Assembly (NCBI GenBank): GCA_051294905.1
Contig: CM119371.1
Span: 4,280,001-4,344,000, forward strand
Direction: 5' to 3'
DNA from: Botryllus schlosseri
Lineage: Eukaryota
Length of the DNA: 64,000 bases
The position numbers and the translations under genes were made by a program. The notes beneath the pieces were generated by a model. The model was not told the origin of the DNA. It ran no database searches and was given only the letters and a program-made list of their open reading frames with translations. Positions 61,517-64,000 of the stretch are shown here, in pieces. How positions within the stretch are numbered: position 1 is the first letter of the stretch; each line of letters opens with the position of its first letter.

Positions 61517-61945
61517 CAGAGATGAGCATGGATTAGGATTAGGTTTTGAAAAAACAGGATTTGTGAATTTTTTTCGGATTTGGATTGGATTTGGATTAGA
61601 AATTTTTTTCATAACGGATTAGTATTTGGATTGGATTTATCTATTTTCTGGGAGATTGAAATGTAGTGTGGCGAATAGCGACAACCTTTATTCAGATCAG
61701 TTATTAATGTACTTATGATTACCAAGTTATCTTGAATCAAGTGAATCGTTGGTTGTGAAAGAAAATTTTCGAATCCCTCCATTGCATAAATTAGTATTTT
61801 TTCTGAATTTCCAGTTGGAATCGGATTAGGATTGGACATGGACTTGAATATGAAAAAGTTATGGATTAGGATTTGGATTTGAAGGTTCGGATTTGGATTG
61901 GACTAGGTCACTAGGACATAGAAATGTCAAATCCGCTCATCTCTG
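61517..61945. mobile_element. hAT-like MITE with GGATT subterminal repeats
   Basis: TIR CAGAGATGAGC, perfect TSD GCACACAT. Confidence 0.85.
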
Positions 61946-63029
61946 GCACACATACACATACCCTATGGAAGCTTCCAGTTGCCATCCATAGCTTATTAGG
62001 CTGTCGTTGTACGGATGAGCCCAAATCGCTGACATAAATTGATGAACATTCAGTGTGAATTTCGGCCCTAGTCGCGCGGAGCGGAATTTTTTTTTGAATA
62101 AATCAAAGAATTTGATCAATAATATTAGTACGTCTATATGAGCAAGTGATGTCCATTCTTATTACTTCGTTGAAGCACGGTTTGTTCGTAACCTCTGGTA
62201 GAGATTGACGCTACTTTAAAGATTGAAATCGCTGATACATACCAGACCAAATTAAAAAATCTCCTTTGATCAGACTCGTTCAATTTCAAATTAGCAATTT
62301 TTACCGAGAGGTGGTGATATTTTCCTGTGCCAGTTGCGTTTATGTTGGAGGGGTCTGATTGCAGGGACAGGATCATTCGCCGCCAGCCATTTAAGCACCC
62401 GAAAATCTATATCGATGGCTTCGGAATACATGGGTCGGTTTTATGGTGGTCAATCATTTTGGGAGCGCACTTTGCGGAGTAGCATGTAGCATACTTTATA
62501 TATCTCCGTGTGTCCCGGAACCGAAGTTGCCGGAGCTAATAGTCCCCAACCCCCATACTGAACTGACACTCCTGCAGACTCAATCAACCCAATTCGACCT
62601 CGGGCTACTCTAGTGTATCAACCGGTACTGTTGTATTCTCATAATTGAGAATGCAGCTAAATTCAATAATGGGTATTTGCGGAATAAATTTTTTTCGTGG
62701 TACCGATAACAAAATCAAGACATGAACGGAACTAAATCGCGCGAAGCGCGAAGAAAAATTTTAGGTTGCATACATTTGCCCCAAAATACTCTAATATTTA
62801 TTGATTTTACGAAAATTTTCAAAAATTTTTTTTTTTGGGGGGGGACGACCGCCCCTTTCGCCCCCCCCCTGGCTACGCCAGTGATACACTTTTGTCTTAT
62901 TCTCCGTTGGTTGACTAAAAAAATATATAAAGAAGAGGCCAACTTTCCAATTCAACTCCCCAAATACCCCCCCCCCCTGAACGCTCCTTGAGTATCAATT
63001 TGCTATATTTCAGTCGAATTTGAACCTAT

Positions 63030-63954
63030 CTTTAGCCAGAATTTTCAAAAAATATGGCAATTTCTCAAACAAGAGGACATTTGGGCGTGCTCCGAAAACA
63101 CTTTAAAAAAGTCCAAAAAGAGGAGGTATTATGGTAACCCTACCATATTTGTTGCAAATCAGTATCAGTATATAAATCATTTTATATAGGCTTACCATAT
63201 TTTTGAAATCTAAAAAGAGGACATCTTTCCGCTCAGAGCTCAAAATACCGTTTTTCTCTCCGCATTGCTTGGTGGATGACTAAAAAAAGGTCATCTTTTC
63301 GCTCAGAGCTAAAATCACCGTTTACCGCTCCGGAATACCCGCCGGAGCTTCACTTCTGTGCTAATTTACGGCATATCGCTCGCAATTTGCTCTAAATCTG
63401 ACCTAAATTTTCAAAAAGAGGACAAAATCTAAAAAAAGAGGACAAAAGGGCGTCCTCCGAGGACACTTTTAAAAAAGTAAAAACGAGGGAAAATCTTCCC
63501 AAAAGAGGACGTTTGGTAACCCTATTTTATATAGCTTAGTGTTTTCATCATTACAAAACACGGCAAAGCTGCGATACAATCAAAAGATAGAAAGGTTTTA
63601 AGATGACTTGGATTAGTCTTTGAAATCGGACAAACACCTGCGATTTGCGATTGCGATTACAATTCGACTTATTTCAGTAAATAATGGTTATTTATATTTA
63701 ATTTTGATTACATTTTGGCGTGGGCGGTGCCTGGTGCCCATACAATTATCAATATTAGTGGCATTACCTCGCGACCAGTGCGGATAAAAATTCGAACAGC
63801 ATCAATCTGTTTTGAAATACTATTGTTCTTATTGATTCACGAAAAGATTTTGAGCTAGCTTCAAGCCTTCAAAATTCCGGACATTTGGGCATATTTTAGA
63901 ATTTCCTCCCAGACGGAGTTTTTTTCAAGGCAATTCCGGACGTATGGCAACCCT
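63030..63954. repeat. Cluster of TAGGGTTRCC-type transposon ends with AAGAGGAC motifs
   Basis: Three same-orientation termini GGTAACCCTA/GGCAACCCTA at about 63142, 63524 and 63954. Confidence 0.5.
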
Positions 63955-64000
63955 AACTAACATTTCCTATAGCAACGATATTGAAATAACATACCTTTGA

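Overview
AT-rich, intron- and repeat-dense animal DNA, probably an invertebrate; the species cannot be determined from sequence alone. The dominant structure is barely visible in the ORF track: about 30 spliceosomal pseudo-exons of a Polo-like kinase (PLK1-like) gene form two head-to-head clusters. The minus cluster runs from an ATG at 18426 to beyond base 1; the plus cluster runs from an ATG at 33492 to about 54285. Each has a single exon 1 followed by internally amplified, reshuffled kinase exons, and the order e3-e4-e2-e3-e6-e2 recurs in both. Exon labels e1-e8 are mine, by order in the PLK1 protein. Also present: two C2H2 zinc-finger arrays with an atypical HAGxKNH linker, both cut at the 3' end by transposons; three Penelope-like retroelements, two with inverted pseudo-LTRs, TSDs and minimal hammerhead ribozyme motifs; a tRNA-derived SINE; and many non-autonomous, often nested hAT elements with 8-bp TSDs. 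No clearly intact host gene is seen.
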